Position numbers and translations under genes: made by a program. This document shows positions 9,347 through 20,696 of a stretch of 64,000 nucleotides of DNA, one piece after another. Where the stretch lies: NCBI GenBank assembly GCA_965205265.1, contig CBDBGH010000003.1, positions 1,312,001-1,376,000 on the forward strand, given 5' to 3'. Each line of letters begins with the position of its first letter. Position 1 is the stretch's first letter. The notes beneath the pieces were generated by a model that worked only from the letters and a program-made list of their open reading frames with translations, was not told the DNA's origin and made no database searches. This stretch comes from Alphaproteobacteria bacterium. GTDB taxonomy: Bacteria > Pseudomonadota > Alphaproteobacteria > Bin95.

Positions 9347-10654
9347 CTACGCCGAGCAGTCGCGCGGGGTGATGTTGTTCTCCTGCGCGTATTGGGCTGC
9401 GTCCTTCTCGATCAGGGGACGGACGACATCGGTCATCGCCGGGATCCAGTCGGTGATGATCTCCCAGGCCGAACCGTTCCACTGCTGGACCAGGATCGCC
9501 GGGCTGGCGCCCTCGTGGTTCAGGCAGGTCACCTTGGTCGGCGGCATCAGGCCGGTCAGGCCCAGCGCCTCCACGTCCCCGGCGGAGAGGTCGAGGTTCT
9601 CCAGCGCCCAGCGCACCTGCTCGCCGGAGACATGCTTGCCCTTGCCGTATTTCTCCTGGGCCAGCCGCACCGCCTCGACGATATAGGCCGCATTGACCAT
9701 GCCGCGGTTGTAGAGCACCGTGCCCATGTCGTCGCCGCCCTTGAGGCCGCTGACGCCCTTCATGTCGTCGAAGACCTTGTAGCCGGTGCCGGCGCCGTTG
9801 AAGGTCGCGCCCTTGTAGCCGACAGCGCCCTCGCCGGCGGGCAGCACATCGGGCTCGGCGGCGGACCACCAGTTGCCGATGAACCTGCTCATGTCGAACT
9901 TGATGTTCGCGGCTTCCTTGACGGCCGTCGAGTTCATCGCGCCCCAGCCCCACATGATGGCGTAGGCCGGCTTGGTGCGGCGGATCTGGAGCCAGATGGA
10001 CTTCTGCTCCGTCATCGTGGCCGGCGGCACCGGATACTTGTCGTAGGTGAAGCCGAACTTCTCCGCCAGAATGTCGAAGGTCGGGATCGGCTCGCGTCCA
10101 TAGGGATGGTCGAGATAGATGAACGCGAAGCGCTGGCCCTTCAACGCCTCGAGCCCGCCCATCTCGTTGGCGATGTACTGGATGACGGCGGTCGCCTGGC
10201 TCCAGTAGGTCGAGGGGAAGTTGAAGACATAGGGGAACACCCGCCCATCGGCGGCGCTGGTGCGGCCGTAGCCCATCGACAGGATCGGAATCTTGTCGTT
10301 GGTGGCCTTGTCGATCAGGGCGTAGGTGGTGCCCGTGGACCAGGGGCTGATGACGGTTGCGCCGCCGTTCTTGTCCTTCAGCCGGTCGTAGCACTCGACG
10401 CCGCGGTCGGTCTTGTAGCCGGTCTCGCACTCCTCGACGATGAACTTGACGCCGTTGACGCCGCCGTCGCGCTCGTTGATGAGCTGGAAGTAGTCGACAT
10501 AGCCGTTGGCGAACGGGGTGCCGTTCGGGGCGTAGGCGCCCGTGCGGTAGGACAGCACCGGGATGTACTGGCCATCCTCGGCCTGGGCAACGCCGATGGC
10601 GCCGGCCGCAACGGCTGCGGCCAGCCCCGCTGTCGCCAGTTTCTTCATGAGCAT
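9347..10654 (-). CDS. HAAT ABC transporter periplasmic binding protein
   Basis: Signal peptide MLMKKLATAGLAAAV after GGAGG; YRTGAYAPNG, CETGY, WGWGAM. Confidence 0.88.
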   Translation of the reverse strand: MLMKKLATAGLAAAVAAGAIGVAQAEDGQYIPVLSYRTGAYAPNGTPFANGYVDYFQLINERDGGVNGVKFIVEECETGYKTDRGVECYDRLKDKNGGATVISPWSTGTTYALIDKATNDKIPILSMGYGRTSAADGRVFPYVFNFPSTYWSQATAVIQYIANEMGGLEALKGQRFAFIYLDHPYGREPIPTFDILAEKFGFTYDKYPVPPATMTEQKSIWLQIRRTKPAYAIMWGWGAMNSTAVKEAANIKFDMSRFIGNWWSAAEPDVLPAGEGAVGYKGATFNGAGTGYKVFDDMKGVSGLKGGDDMGTVLYNRGMVNAAYIVEAVRLAQEKYGKGKHVSGEQVRWALENLDLSAGDVEALGLTGLMPPTKVTCLNHEGASPAILVQQWNGSAWEIITDWIPAMTDVVRPLIEKDAAQYAQENNITPRDCSA

Positions 10655-10710
10655 GATGGGACCTCCCTTGGGTTTCTGCCTCATCGGGGTTGGGGCTGTT
10701 TCCGCCACAA

Positions 10711-11787
10711 TCAATAGGGAAACGGCCAGAGACGCAGCTTTTCCTTGGCGATCTGCCAGAGCCGCGCCAGACCATGCGGTTCGACGATCAGGAAGAAGAT
10801 GATGAGAACGCCGAACAGCATGAACTCGATATGGGTGACGATGTCGCCCGCGACGCTGTAGCCGAACCAGCCGGGCGCGCTGTTGAGGAAGATCGGCAGC
10901 AGGAAGATGAATGCCGCGCCGAGGAAGGAGCCCAGCACGCTGCCGAGACCCCCGACGATGACCATGAACAGCACCTGGAACGACCGGTTGATGTCGAAGG
11001 CGGTCGGCTCCACCGTGTTGATGAAGCACATGGCCCAGAGCGCGCCGGCGACGCCGCAATAGAAGCTGGAAATCGCGAAGGCGGAGAGTTTGGTCGGAAG
11101 CGGACGGATGCCGATCAGCTCGGCGGCGATGTCCATGTCCCGGATCGCCATCCAGGAGCGGCCGATGCGCGAGCGCGCCAGATTGCGCGCAATCCAGGCG
11201 AGCGCGACGACGAAGGCCAGCACGAACAGGTATTTCGCCTCGTTGCTTGCCGTGGCGCCCGTCACCTCGAAACCGAAGACGCTGCGCGGCGGCGCCGTCG
11301 GCACGCCGGAGATCGAATGGTTGACGAACCACGGCACCTTCACGAACAGCCAGAGCAGGAAAAACTGCGCGGCCAGCGTGGCGACCGCGAGATAGAAGCC
11401 CTTGATGCGCAGGCTCGGGAGGCCGAAGGCGATGCCGATGGCGGCCGCGCAAAGCCCGGCCAACGGGATCACCAGCCAGATCGGCATCCAGGTGATGTTG
11501 GTGGCGATCTTGTAGGCAAGATAGGCGCCGGCGGCCATGAAGGCGCCGGTGCCGAGCGAGAGCTGGCCGCAATATCCCGTCAGGATGTTCAGCCCCAGCG
11601 CGGCGATCGACAGGATCAGCACGGGGATCAGGATCGAGGCCATCAGGTATTCGCTGGCGAGCAGCGGCACCCCGACAATGGCGAAGGCCGTCAACGCAAA
11701 CACGAACCAGCGGTCGAGCGGAATGGTCAGCATCGCCTGGTCGGCGGAGTAGCTGGTCTTGAACTGTCCGGCTTCGCGGTAAAGCAT
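10711..11787 (-). CDS. HAAT ABC permease (LivM-like)
   Basis: MLYREAGQFKTSY, GLNILTGYCGQLSLG, LRIKGFYLAVATLA. Confidence 0.9.
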   Translation of the reverse strand: MLYREAGQFKTSYSADQAMLTIPLDRWFVFALTAFAIVGVPLLASEYLMASILIPVLILSIAALGLNILTGYCGQLSLGTGAFMAAGAYLAYKIATNITWMPIWLVIPLAGLCAAAIGIAFGLPSLRIKGFYLAVATLAAQFFLLWLFVKVPWFVNHSISGVPTAPPRSVFGFEVTGATASNEAKYLFVLAFVVALAWIARNLARSRIGRSWMAIRDMDIAAELIGIRPLPTKLSAFAISSFYCGVAGALWAMCFINTVEPTAFDINRSFQVLFMVIVGGLGSVLGSFLGAAFIFLLPIFLNSAPGWFGYSVAGDIVTHIEFMLFGVLIIFFLIVEPHGLARLWQIAKEKLRLWPFPY

Positions 11788-11791
11788 CAGG

Positions 11792-12742
11792 TCATACCCG
11801 TTCGATAATCTTCTCGCCGAACAGGCCCTGCGGCCTGAAGAACAGGAAGATCATGGCCACGATATAGGCGAACCATTCCTCGGTCGCGCCTTCGAGCAGG
11901 GGCACGCCCCAGTAGTTCTCGAACAGCTTCTCGCCCGCACCGACGATCAGCCCGCCGATGATGGCGCCCGGGATCGAGGTGAAGCCGCCGAGGATGAGGA
12001 CCGGCAGCGCCTTGAGCGCGATGGTGGAAAGCGCGAACTGCACGCCGAGCTTGGCGCCCCACATGATGCCGGCGACCAGCGCCACGAAGCCGGCTACGGC
12101 CCAGACGATCACCCAGATATTGTTGAGCGGGATGCCGACCGAAAGCGCCGCCTGGTGGTCGTCGGCGACGGCGCGGAGCGCCCGCCCGACCGGCGTGAAG
12201 TGGAAGAAGAGCGCCAGCACCGTGACCAGGAAGGCTGCGATTACGCCGGCGAACAGGTCCGAGGACTGCACCAGGATTTCGCCGAAGCCCGCCTCCCAGA
12301 AGAGCGCCGCATCCGGGATACCGACCCGGACCGGGCGCACGTCGCCGCCCCAGATCGACTCGCCGAACCCTTCCAGGAAGAAGGCGATGCCGATGGTCGC
12401 CATGAACAGGATGATCGGGTCCTGGTTCACCAGCGGGCGGAGCACCAGACGGTCCACGGCGAACGCCAGCGCGGTCATGATGCCGAGCGTGATGACGAAG
12501 GCGAGGATCGGATGGACGCCGAGGTCCATCAGCCCGACGAAATTGAGCGCTGCGAACAGCACGAAGATGCCCTGGGCGAAGTTGAAGATGCCGGAGGCCT
12601 TGAAGATCAGCACGAAGCCGAGCGCCACCAGCGAATACATCACGCCCGACATCAGCCCGCCGATCAGCACTTCGGCGAGGAAGGCCGGCTCGACGACCAT
12701 CTGGACGAACGGGTCGATGAAGATGAGGTAAAGGGTTTCCAT
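11792..12742 (-). CDS. HAAT ABC permease (LivH-like)
   Basis: YSLVALGFVLIFKASGIFNFAQG, LGGFTSIPGAIIGG. Confidence 0.9.
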   Translation of the reverse strand: METLYLIFIDPFVQMVVEPAFLAEVLIGGLMSGVMYSLVALGFVLIFKASGIFNFAQGIFVLFAALNFVGLMDLGVHPILAFVITLGIMTALAFAVDRLVLRPLVNQDPIILFMATIGIAFFLEGFGESIWGGDVRPVRVGIPDAALFWEAGFGEILVQSSDLFAGVIAAFLVTVLALFFHFTPVGRALRAVADDHQAALSVGIPLNNIWVIVWAVAGFVALVAGIMWGAKLGVQFALSTIALKALPVLILGGFTSIPGAIIGGLIVGAGEKLFENYWGVPLLEGATEEWFAYIVAMIFLFFRPQGLFGEKIIERV

Positions 12743-12754
12743 CGTCGCGCCGTC

Positions 12755-13537
12755 CTAGTCGTGGCTCACGCCCAGATAGGCGTCGATGACTTCCTGGTTG
12801 CCGCGGATTTCGTCCGGCGTGCCCTCCGCGAGCTTCTTGCCGTAGTCGAGCACCACCACCCGGTCGGACAGGTCCATGACCACGCCCATGTCATGTTCGA
12901 TCAGCGCGATCGTGGTTCCGAGTTCGTGGTTGGTGGAGAGCACGAAGCGGCACATGTCCTCCTTTTCCTCGACATTCATGCCGGCCATCGGCTCGTCCAG
13001 CAGCAGCAGTTCGGGTTCCGCCGCCAGCGCGCGCGCAAGCTCCACCCGCTTCTGCAGGCCGTAGGGCAGGCGCCCCACGGGCGTCTTGCGGATCGACTGG
13101 ATTTCGAGGAAGTCGATCACCTCCTCGACCCTTTCGCGATGCTCGATTTCCTCGCGCCGGCCCCGGCCGATATAGAACGCCTGTTCCGCCAGGGAGGCCT
13201 GCATCTTGAGCATGCGCCCGGTCATGACGTTCTCGAGCGTCGTCATGCCCTTGAAGAGCGCGATGTTCTGGAAGGTGCGGCTGATGCCCTGGGCGGCGGC
13301 CTCGTGCGGGCGCATCTGCCGGCGTTCCGCGCCCTTGAAGGTAATGGTGCCTTCCTGCGGATTATAGAAGCCGTTGATGCAATTCAGCATCGACGATTTC
13401 CCGGCTCCGTTGGGGCCGATGATGGCGAAGATCTCGCCCTCGTGGATATCGAAGCTGACATCCGTCAGCGCGCGGACGCCGCCGAAGCGCAGCGAAATGT
13501 CCTTGACGCTGAGCAGGATGTCTCCCGGCCGGGTCAT
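12755..13537 (-). CDS. HAAT ABC ATPase (LivG-like)
   Basis: GPNGAGKS, RTFQN, LPYGLQKRVELARAL, EHDM. Confidence 0.92.
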   Translation of the reverse strand: MTRPGDILLSVKDISLRFGGVRALTDVSFDIHEGEIFAIIGPNGAGKSSMLNCINGFYNPQEGTITFKGAERRQMRPHEAAAQGISRTFQNIALFKGMTTLENVMTGRMLKMQASLAEQAFYIGRGRREEIEHRERVEEVIDFLEIQSIRKTPVGRLPYGLQKRVELARALAAEPELLLLDEPMAGMNVEEKEDMCRFVLSTNHELGTTIALIEHDMGVVMDLSDRVVVLDYGKKLAEGTPDEIRGNQEVIDAYLGVSHD

Positions 13538-15483
13538 GCAGCGGTCCTTTCGCCGCCGGCCTCGGAGACGCGGGCGTCGCGAATGGCGAGGTCGCCGGTG
13601 ATCGTGCCCGAACGCCCGTCCTCGAAGGTCACCGGCGTCTCCAGAACGATATTGCTCTCACCGCCGTAAAGCGCGTCGATGGCCGGGGCGTAGCGCTCGA
13701 AGATGAAGCGGCGGCGGACCTTCTGCGTGCGGGTGAGTTCGCCGTCGTCGGCGTCCAGCATCTTGTGCAGCACGATGAAGCGATGGATTTGCGAGCCGGC
13801 GAATTGCGGGTCGGTCGCGAGGCTTTCGTTGAACTCCGAAACATGGCCCTCGACGATGTCGAGCACCTCGGGCCGCGCGGCGAGCTCCTGGTAGCTCGAA
13901 TAGGGGATGTTGCGTCTTTCGGCCCAGTTGCCGACCGCCTCCATGTCGATATTTATCATCGCGGTGACGAAGTCCCGCTCATGGCCGAAGGTCACCGCCT
14001 CGCGGATGTTCGGGTAGAACTTCAGCTTGTTTTCGAGGTATTTCGGCGCGAAGAGCGTGCCGTTGGCGAGCCGGCCGACATCCTTGGCGCGGTCGATGAT
14101 CCGCAAATGGCCGTCATCGTCGATCACGCCTGCATCCCCGGTGTGCACCCAGCCGTCGCTCGTCTTGGTCTCCGAGGTGGCCTCGCTGTTCTTGTAATAC
14201 TCCTGGAAGACGCCGGGGCTGCGGTAGAGCACCTCGCCTTCCTCCGTGAGGCGCAGCTCGACGCCCGGCGCTGGCGGACCGACGCTGTCGGGGCGCACAT
14301 CGTCATTGGTCTGGATGGTCACGAACACGCTCGCCTCGGTCTGGCCGTAAAGCTGCTTCAGGTTGATGCCGAGGGAACGGAAGAAACGGAAGATTTCGGG
14401 GCCGATAGCCTCGCCCGCGGTATAGCCGACCCGGAGCCGGGAGAGGCCCAGCACGTTCTTCACGGGGCCATAGACGAAGATTTCGCCCAGCCGGTAGAGC
14501 AGGCGGTCTGCAAGGCCGACCTTCCGGCCCTCCAGAATGTCGGTCCCGGCCCGCTCGGCGACCTTCATGAAAAAGCGGAACAGGCGCTGCTTCAGCGGGG
14601 CCGCGTCTTCCATGCGGATCGTCACCTGGGTCAGCAGGTTCTCGAATACGCGGGGCGGCGCGAAGAAATAGGTGGGGCCGAGCTCGCGCAGATCGTGCGG
14701 CACGGTCTCCGGCGATTCCGGGCAGGCGAAGGAAAAGCCGACCAGATGCGCCTGGCAGTAGGAGAGCACGTTGTCGCCGACCCAGGCCATCGGCAGATAG
14801 GCCAGCACGACCTCGTCCTCGCGCAACTGCTCGAAGTCCGCGCCGATCTTCGCGCAGAGCAGGAGATTGTCGTAGGAGAGCACCACGCCCTTGGGCGTGC
14901 CGGTGGTGCCGGAGGTGTAGAGGATGATCGCGGTGTCGCTGCCCTTGCCGAGATCGACCTCTTCGTCCCAGCCGCCTTCTTCGCCCATGCCGGCGACATC
15001 GTCATAGGCGTGCAGGAACGGCTCGCTGTAGTCCCGCATGCCGCGCGGGTCGTCATAGACGATCATCCTAAGCGCGGGGAGATGTTCCTTTTGCGACAGG
15101 ACCTTGTCGACCTGTTCCTGATCCTCGGCGACAATGAATGCGGCTTCGGCATGGTCCAGCACGAAGCGCATCTCCTCCGCCACCGCGTCCTGATAGACCG
15201 GCACCGGAATGGCGCCAAGGCTCTGCGCGGCGCTCATGGCGAAATAGAGCCGCGGCCGGTTGTCGCCGACAATGGCGACCTTCTCGCCCCGCTTGAGGCC
15301 GAGCGCCTTCATGCCGCCCGCGAGCTTGCGCACCGCGTCGCGGAAGTCGGCCCAGGTCCAGGTCTGCCAGATGCCGAGGTCCTTCTCGCGGACGGCGGCC
15401 AGCGATGCGCGGTGTTCGGCGTTGTAGCGGAGCAGCTTCGGGAAGGTATCGTGCTGCGCAACATCCGGTAGGGCGCCGGCCAT
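13534..15483 (-). CDS. Long-chain acyl-CoA synthetase (AMP-binding)
   Basis: YTSGTTGTPKGV, YGQTE, HTGDAG, IIDRAKD. Confidence 0.9.
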   Translation of the reverse strand: MAGALPDVAQHDTFPKLLRYNAEHRASLAAVREKDLGIWQTWTWADFRDAVRKLAGGMKALGLKRGEKVAIVGDNRPRLYFAMSAAQSLGAIPVPVYQDAVAEEMRFVLDHAEAAFIVAEDQEQVDKVLSQKEHLPALRMIVYDDPRGMRDYSEPFLHAYDDVAGMGEEGGWDEEVDLGKGSDTAIILYTSGTTGTPKGVVLSYDNLLLCAKIGADFEQLREDEVVLAYLPMAWVGDNVLSYCQAHLVGFSFACPESPETVPHDLRELGPTYFFAPPRVFENLLTQVTIRMEDAAPLKQRLFRFFMKVAERAGTDILEGRKVGLADRLLYRLGEIFVYGPVKNVLGLSRLRVGYTAGEAIGPEIFRFFRSLGINLKQLYGQTEASVFVTIQTNDDVRPDSVGPPAPGVELRLTEEGEVLYRSPGVFQEYYKNSEATSETKTSDGWVHTGDAGVIDDDGHLRIIDRAKDVGRLANGTLFAPKYLENKLKFYPNIREAVTFGHERDFVTAMINIDMEAVGNWAERRNIPYSSYQELAARPEVLDIVEGHVSEFNESLATDPQFAGSQIHRFIVLHKMLDADDGELTRTQKVRRRFIFERYAPAIDALYGGESNIVLETPVTFEDGRSGTITGDLAIRDARVSEAGGERTAA

Positions 15484-15738
15484 GGCTTCGGTCTCCCCTG
15501 GGCGAGTGCGAACGCTCCGATCGGTCGATTACGGTCGCGATGTCTGAGGCGAGTGCGGAGAGGCTTGGTAGCCAAGCCGCGCGCCGAGTCCAAGCAAAAA
15601 ATGATAGAGAAGGCCGCCTTTGGTGTCGCAGCGGGCGCGGCGGGGATATGGTGGCCGGCCGGTCGCCCGCGTGGGCGGCGGAAAAAAGGGAAGCGTGCGG
15701 CGATGGCCTGGGTGGCAAGGCGCAGGGGTCTTTGAAGG

Positions 15739-17085
15739 ATGGCGAGTCCGGATTTCTCGGTCCTGCCGTCCGTGGACCGCCTGCTCGAAGACCCCGCGCT
15801 TGCCGGGGCGGCTGCGGAATACGGGCGGGCCGAAGCGCTGGCGGGCGCGCGGCAGGCGCTCGCGGATGCCCGGCGAACGCTCGGGGCGGGCGGCGCGCTC
15901 GATCCCTCGTCGCTCGGCCCGGCGGCGGCGGCGCATATTGCGGCGCGGGGGCGGCCTTCGCTCCGGCGGGTGTTCAACCTCACAGGCGTGGTGCTGCACA
16001 CCAATCTCGGCAGGGCGCCGCTTCCGCGGGAGGCGATGGCTGCAATCGCGGAGGCCGCCGGCAACTGCAACCTCGAATACAACCTGGAAACCGGCCGGCG
16101 GGGCGACAGGGACTCCCATGTCGAGGCGCTGCTGACGGAACTGACCGGCGCGGAAGCCGCACTGGCGGTCAACAACAATGCCGCCGCCGTCCTGCTGGTG
16201 CTGAACAGCCTCTCGGCCGGGCGCGACGCGCTGGTTTCGCGCGGCGAGCTGGTCGAGATCGGCGGCTCCTTCCGCATGCCGGAGATCATGGCCCGCGCCG
16301 GCGCCCGCATGGTCGAGGTCGGCACGACCAACCGCACGCATGCCGGCGATTTCGAGGCCGCCGTCGGCCCGGACACGGGCTGCGTGATGAAGGTGCACAC
16401 CTCCAATTATGAGGTCGTCGGCTTCACGGCGTCGGTGCCGGACGACCGCCTGGCCCGTATCGCGGAGGCTGCGGGCGCGCCCTATGCGGTCGATCTGGGC
16501 GCGGGCCAGCTTGTCGATCTCGCCCGCTACGGGCTGCCGCAGGAGCCGATGCCGGGCCAGGCGCTCGCCGCCGGGGCCGGGCTCGTCACCTTCAGCGGCG
16601 ACAAGCTGCTGGGCGGCCCGCAGGCGGGCATCGTCGTCGGGCGCGCGGACCTCGTCGCTTTGCTCAAGCGAAACCCGATGCGCCGCGCCATGCGCCTCGG
16701 CAAGCTCTCCCTCGCGGCGCTGGAAGCTGTGTTGCGGCTTTACCGGGACCCGGACCGGCTGGCCGAACGCCTGCCTGCGCTCAGGGCGCTGACCCGCCCG
16801 GTGGCGGAGATCGAAGCCCAGGCGCACCGGCTCGCGCCGGCGATGGAGGGCGCGGAAGTCGTGGCCGTCGCAAGCCAAATCGGTTCCGGGTCGCTGCCGG
16901 TGGAGCGCCTCGAGAGCCGGGCGCTGGCGCTGTCCGCGCCGGGCGGCAAGGCGCTGGAGGCGCGCGCGGCGGCGTTCCGCCGGCTGCCCATTCCGGTCAT
17001 CGGGCGCATCTCCGAGGGGCGGCTGCTCTTCGACCTGCGCACGCTTGACGACGAAGACGCCTTCCTGTCCCAACTGGCCTCATGA
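15739..17085 (+). CDS. selA: L-seryl-tRNA(Sec) selenium transferase
   Basis: [53 protein letters not shown] (PLP lysine). Confidence 0.96.
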   Translation: MASPDFSVLPSVDRLLEDPALAGAAAEYGRAEALAGARQALADARRTLGAGGALDPSSLGPAAAAHIAARGRPSLRRVFNLTGVVLHTNLGRAPLPREAMAAIAEAAGNCNLEYNLETGRRGDRDSHVEALLTELTGAEAALAVNNNAAAVLLVLNSLSAGRDALVSRGELVEIGGSFRMPEIMARAGARMVEVGTTNRTHAGDFEAAVGPDTGCVMKVHTSNYEVVGFTASVPDDRLARIAEAAGAPYAVDLGAGQLVDLARYGLPQEPMPGQALAAGAGLVTFSGDKLLGGPQAGIVVGRADLVALLKRNPMRRAMRLGKLSLAALEAVLRLYRDPDRLAERLPALRALTRPVAEIEAQAHRLAPAMEGAEVVAVASQIGSGSLPVERLESRALALSAPGGKALEARAAAFRRLPIPVIGRISEGRLLFDLRTLDDEDAFLSQLAS

Positions 17086-18971
17086 TCGTCGCAACCGCCG
17101 GGCATATCGACCACGGCAAGACCTCGCTGGTGAAGGCGCTGACCGGCACGGACGCCGACCGGCTGCCGGAAGAGAAGGCGCGGGGCCTCACCATCGACCT
17201 CGGCTTCGCCTACTGGCAGGCCGGCCCCGGCCAGACGGTCGGCTTCATCGACGTGCCGGGGCATGAGCGCTTCATCAAGAACATGCTGGCGGGCGTCACC
17301 GGCATCGACGCGGCGCTGCTGATCGTGGCCGCCGATGACGGACCGATGCCGCAGACGCGCGAGCATCTGGCGATCCTCGACCTGCTGGGCGTGCAGCGCG
17401 GCATCATCGCCGTCACCAAGGCCGACCGCGCGGAGCCGGAGCGCGTGCAGGCCGTTGCCGAAGAGGCGCAGGCGCTTGCGGCCGATACGGGGCTTGCCGG
17501 GGCGCCGGTATTGCCCGTCTCCGCGATAACCGGCGAGGGCGTGCCGGAATTGCAGCGCCTGTTGCAACGGCTTGCGGGCGCGGTCGGGCGCCGGCGGGCC
17601 TCGGGGCGGTTCCGGCTCGCGGTGGACCGCAGCTTCACCCTGCGCGGCGCGGGCCTCGTGGTCACCGGCACGGCATTTTCGGGCGCGGTCAAGGTCGGCG
17701 ACCGGCTGCTGGTCTCGCCCGGCGGCGTCGAGGCGCGGGTGCGCGCCATCCATGCCGAGAATGTCGAGGCCCATGCCGCCCAGGCCGGGCAGAGGGTGGC
17801 GCTCAATCTCGCCGGGGCCGGCCTCCGCCGCCACGCGGTCTCGCGCGGCGACTGGCTGCTGGCCCCGGAGGCCCACGGGCCGACGCGCCGGATCGATGTC
17901 AGGCTGAGAGTGCTCGGCAGCGAGGCGCGGCCGCTGCGCGACCGCACGCCCGTGCATGTCCATCTGGGCGCGGCGGATGTGACCGGCAGGGTCGCGGTGC
18001 TGGACGGGCCGTCCATCGCGCCGGGCGAAGCCGGCTGGGCGCAGTTGCTGCTGGACCGCGAGATCGGCGCGCTTGCGGGCGACGGCGTCGTGCTGCGCGA
18101 CCAGTCGGCGATGCGCACCATGGCCGGCGGGCGCGTCGCCGATCCGTTCCCGCCGGCGCGCGGCCGGGCGCGGCCGGAGCGGCTGGCGGAACTTGCCGTG
18201 CGCGCCGGGGAGGACCCGTTCGGCGGGCTGGTGGAGGCGGCGCCGTTCGGGTTCGACTTCCCCCGGTTCGCGGTGGCGCACAACCTGAACGACGCCGAAC
18301 AGGCGGCGCTCAGGCGGCGGCAGGGCGTGGTGTTTGCGGGTCCGGTGGCGGTCGATGCCGGGCGCTGGCAGGCGCTTTTGGACGCCTTCGAGCGCGAGGT
18401 GGACGCCTGGACGGCCGCGCATCCCGACAGCCCCGGTCTCGGCCCCGTCGCGCTTCGCCGCCGGCTCGACCCGGTGCCGCCGCGCGACATTGCCGAGGCG
18501 GCGCTGGCCGCGCTGGCGGGAGCGGGCCGGCTTGCGCGCTCCGGCGGCTTCGTCCACCGGCCGGGCCACCGCGCGGCGCTCGCCCCGGAAGAGGAGGCGC
18601 TCTGGCGGCGCATCGAGCCGCTGGTGACGGAAGGCGGCCTGCGCCCGCCGCGCGTGCGCGAGCTCGCCGAGATGCTCAAAGTCGATCATGTGCGGGTCGA
18701 GGGCGTGTTGCGACAGGCGGGCCGTTTCGGCTTGGTGCGGCGCGTCGCGGACAACCGCTGGTTCCCGCCCGCCGCGCTCAAGGGGTTGGCCGACATTGCC
18801 GAGGCCCTGGCGGCGGAGAGCGCCGACGGGCGCTTCACCGCGGCGGCCTACAAGGACCGCTCCGGCATCGGCCGCAACGTGACCATCGAATTGCTGGAAT
18901 TCTTCGACAAGGAAGGCTTCACCCGCCGCGAGGGCGACGCAAGACGGATCGTCCGCGAGTGGCGGGGCTGA
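17082..18971 (+). CDS. selB: Selenocysteine-specific elongation factor
   Basis: [33 protein letters not shown], winged-helix C-terminus ([18 protein letters not shown]); ATGA overlap with selA. Confidence 0.96.
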   Translation: MIVATAGHIDHGKTSLVKALTGTDADRLPEEKARGLTIDLGFAYWQAGPGQTVGFIDVPGHERFIKNMLAGVTGIDAALLIVAADDGPMPQTREHLAILDLLGVQRGIIAVTKADRAEPERVQAVAEEAQALAADTGLAGAPVLPVSAITGEGVPELQRLLQRLAGAVGRRRASGRFRLAVDRSFTLRGAGLVVTGTAFSGAVKVGDRLLVSPGGVEARVRAIHAENVEAHAAQAGQRVALNLAGAGLRRHAVSRGDWLLAPEAHGPTRRIDVRLRVLGSEARPLRDRTPVHVHLGAADVTGRVAVLDGPSIAPGEAGWAQLLLDREIGALAGDGVVLRDQSAMRTMAGGRVADPFPPARGRARPERLAELAVRAGEDPFGGLVEAAPFGFDFPRFAVAHNLNDAEQAALRRRQGVVFAGPVAVDAGRWQALLDAFEREVDAWTAAHPDSPGLGPVALRRRLDPVPPRDIAEAALAALAGAGRLARSGGFVHRPGHRAALAPEEEALWRRIEPLVTEGGLRPPRVRELAEMLKVDHVRVEGVLRQAGRFGLVRRVADNRWFPPAALKGLADIAEALAAESADGRFTAAAYKDRSGIGRNVTIELLEFFDKEGFTRREGDARRIVREWRG

Positions 18972-19000
18972 CGATGGCGGGTGAAAGGGAGACCGCTTCG

Positions 19001-20083
19001 ATGCGCATAGAAGACATCCGGGTTCATCTGCTGGTGCTGCCGTGGCGGGAGCAGCCGGCCTTCCAGCGCGGCTATGCGCGGGAGCGCAATGTGCTCGCGG
19101 TCGAGATCGAGACGCGCTCGGGTCATGTCGGGCTCGGCTACCAGCTCTATCTGCGCGAGGGCTTCCGCACGGTGAAGGCGTGCCTGGAAGAGACCATGGT
19201 TCCCCACCTGATCGGGCGCGACGCGAGCGAGGTCGAGGCGATCTGGCGCGAACTCTGGACCGCCTCCCTGGCGGACGGGCGCGGCGGGGCGCCGGTGCTG
19301 GCGCTTTCGGCCATCGACGTGGCGCTCTGGGACATTGTCGGCCAGGCGGCGGGGATGCCGCTGCACCGGCTCTGGGGCCACTACCGCGCCGAGGCGCCCG
19401 CTTACGGCTCGGGCGTCTGGCGGGGGCTCGAGCCCGACGCGATGGTGGAAAAGGCGCTGCGCTTCAAGGCGGAGGGCTACCCGGCGGTCAAGATGCAGGT
19501 CGGCCATGCCTGGACGGATGCGGAGGACCTTGAGCATGTCCGCCGGGTGCGCGAGGCCGTCGGGCCGGAGATCGATATCATGGTCGATGTCAACATGGCA
19601 TGGACCGCCGACCATGCCATCCTGCAGGGCCGCAAGCTGGAGCAATACGACATCTACTGGCTGGAGGAGCCGGTGGTGCCGGACGATTTCGCCGGCTATT
19701 TCCGGATTGCGGACGCGCTCGACCTCCGGGTCGTCGGCGGCGAGAGCCACATGACGCGCTACGACCTCAAGCCCTTCTTCGAGAACCCGAAGCTGCCGAT
19801 CCTGCAGCCGGACGTGGTGCGCGGCGGGCTGACGGACCTCCGCAAAACCGCGGCGATCGCCGACACCTGGGGCATGACCATCGCCCCGCATCTCTATCCC
19901 GAGCTGATGATCCAGCTCATGGCCTCGATCCCGAACGGTCTCATTCTGGAAGACATGGGGCTGATGCAGGACCTGTTCACCGACCCGCCGCTTGCGGAAA
20001 ACGGCATCGTCCGCGCCCCGGAAACGCCCGGCCACGGCCTCGTCTTCACGGAAGAGGCGATGAAGGAAGGCCGGGTCGCCTGA
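19001..20083 (+). CDS. Mandelate racemase/muconate lactonizing enzyme (enolase superfamily)
   Basis: SAIDVALWD, KMQ, MVDVN, WLEEP, GGES, QPD..RGG, APH. Confidence 0.88.
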   Translation: MRIEDIRVHLLVLPWREQPAFQRGYARERNVLAVEIETRSGHVGLGYQLYLREGFRTVKACLEETMVPHLIGRDASEVEAIWRELWTASLADGRGGAPVLALSAIDVALWDIVGQAAGMPLHRLWGHYRAEAPAYGSGVWRGLEPDAMVEKALRFKAEGYPAVKMQVGHAWTDAEDLEHVRRVREAVGPEIDIMVDVNMAWTADHAILQGRKLEQYDIYWLEEPVVPDDFAGYFRIADALDLRVVGGESHMTRYDLKPFFENPKLPILQPDVVRGGLTDLRKTAAIADTWGMTIAPHLYPELMIQLMASIPNGLILEDMGLMQDLFTDPPLAENGIVRAPETPGHGLVFTEEAMKEGRVA

Positions 20084-20135
20084 CGGCGAGGGCGTTCGGC
20101 CCCCGGCTTTCCCGCTCCGGGGGCGCGACGCGGCG

Positions 20136-20597
20136 TCACTCGTCGTTTGCGCCTCCGGCCTGCGGAACATGCAGGCTGCGGATGAAATCGACCAGTATGG
20201 CTACGGTCATTCCGAACAGGATCAGGCCGTTCGCCGCCAGCAGGCCCGACAGCAGGCGGTAGGGCTTCGCCAGCACGATGTCGCCGAATCCGAGGGTCGT
20301 GAAGGAGACCAGGGAGAAATACACGGCCGTCTCCAGATCGGGGAGCGCGCCTGCCCGCAGGAAATAGAAGGCCCAGAGCCAGACGGTTGCGCCCATGCCC
20401 GCCATGAGCCAGAGGGAGGCGAGACAGAGCGCGCCGGCCTGCTTCGCCAGAAAGGGCGGCCGGCGCAGCCACGCCTCGCGCCGGCGCAGCGTCCGGGCGG
20501 CGAACGCTATGAGCCCGGCCTGGACGGCTATGCTCAATACGATAAGGGCCGAGCCGACGACGAACTGTCCGGTCATCTCCGGGCTTTGTTCCCCCAT
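20136..20597 (-). CDS. Small K+-channel-like membrane protein (Ion_trans_2)
   Basis: YFSLVSFTTLGFGD pore/selectivity motif between TM helices; start uncertain (20597 or 20576). Confidence 0.8.
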   Translation of the reverse strand: MGEQSPEMTGQFVVGSALIVLSIAVQAGLIAFAARTLRRREAWLRRPPFLAKQAGALCLASLWLMAGMGATVWLWAFYFLRAGALPDLETAVYFSLVSFTTLGFGDIVLAKPYRLLSGLLAANGLILFGMTVAILVDFIRSLHVPQAGGANDE

Positions 20598-20696
20598 GTC
20601 CGCCGGAAAGGGTGGCAGACGCCCCGCCCCGCCGCAATCCGCACGGCGGCGGCGCCCGCCTCGCAGGCGGCGCCCGGTTCGTGCTAACTGGAAGCC

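Noticed and set aside
7465-9372. Long 635-aa plus-strand ORF, and similar long ORFs (13765-15471, 16740-18689, 21678-23726, 28091-30307, 44643-46970, 56437-58293)
   Set aside because: Antisense shadows of well-supported genes; expected in high-GC DNA and lacking recognisable motifs
15484-15738. Possible selC (tRNA-Sec) or SECIS-like leader upstream of selA; GCTTGG-TAG-CCAAGC palindrome
   Set aside because: No cloverleaf, UCA anticodon arm or convincing hairpin; the short palindrome is too weak to call
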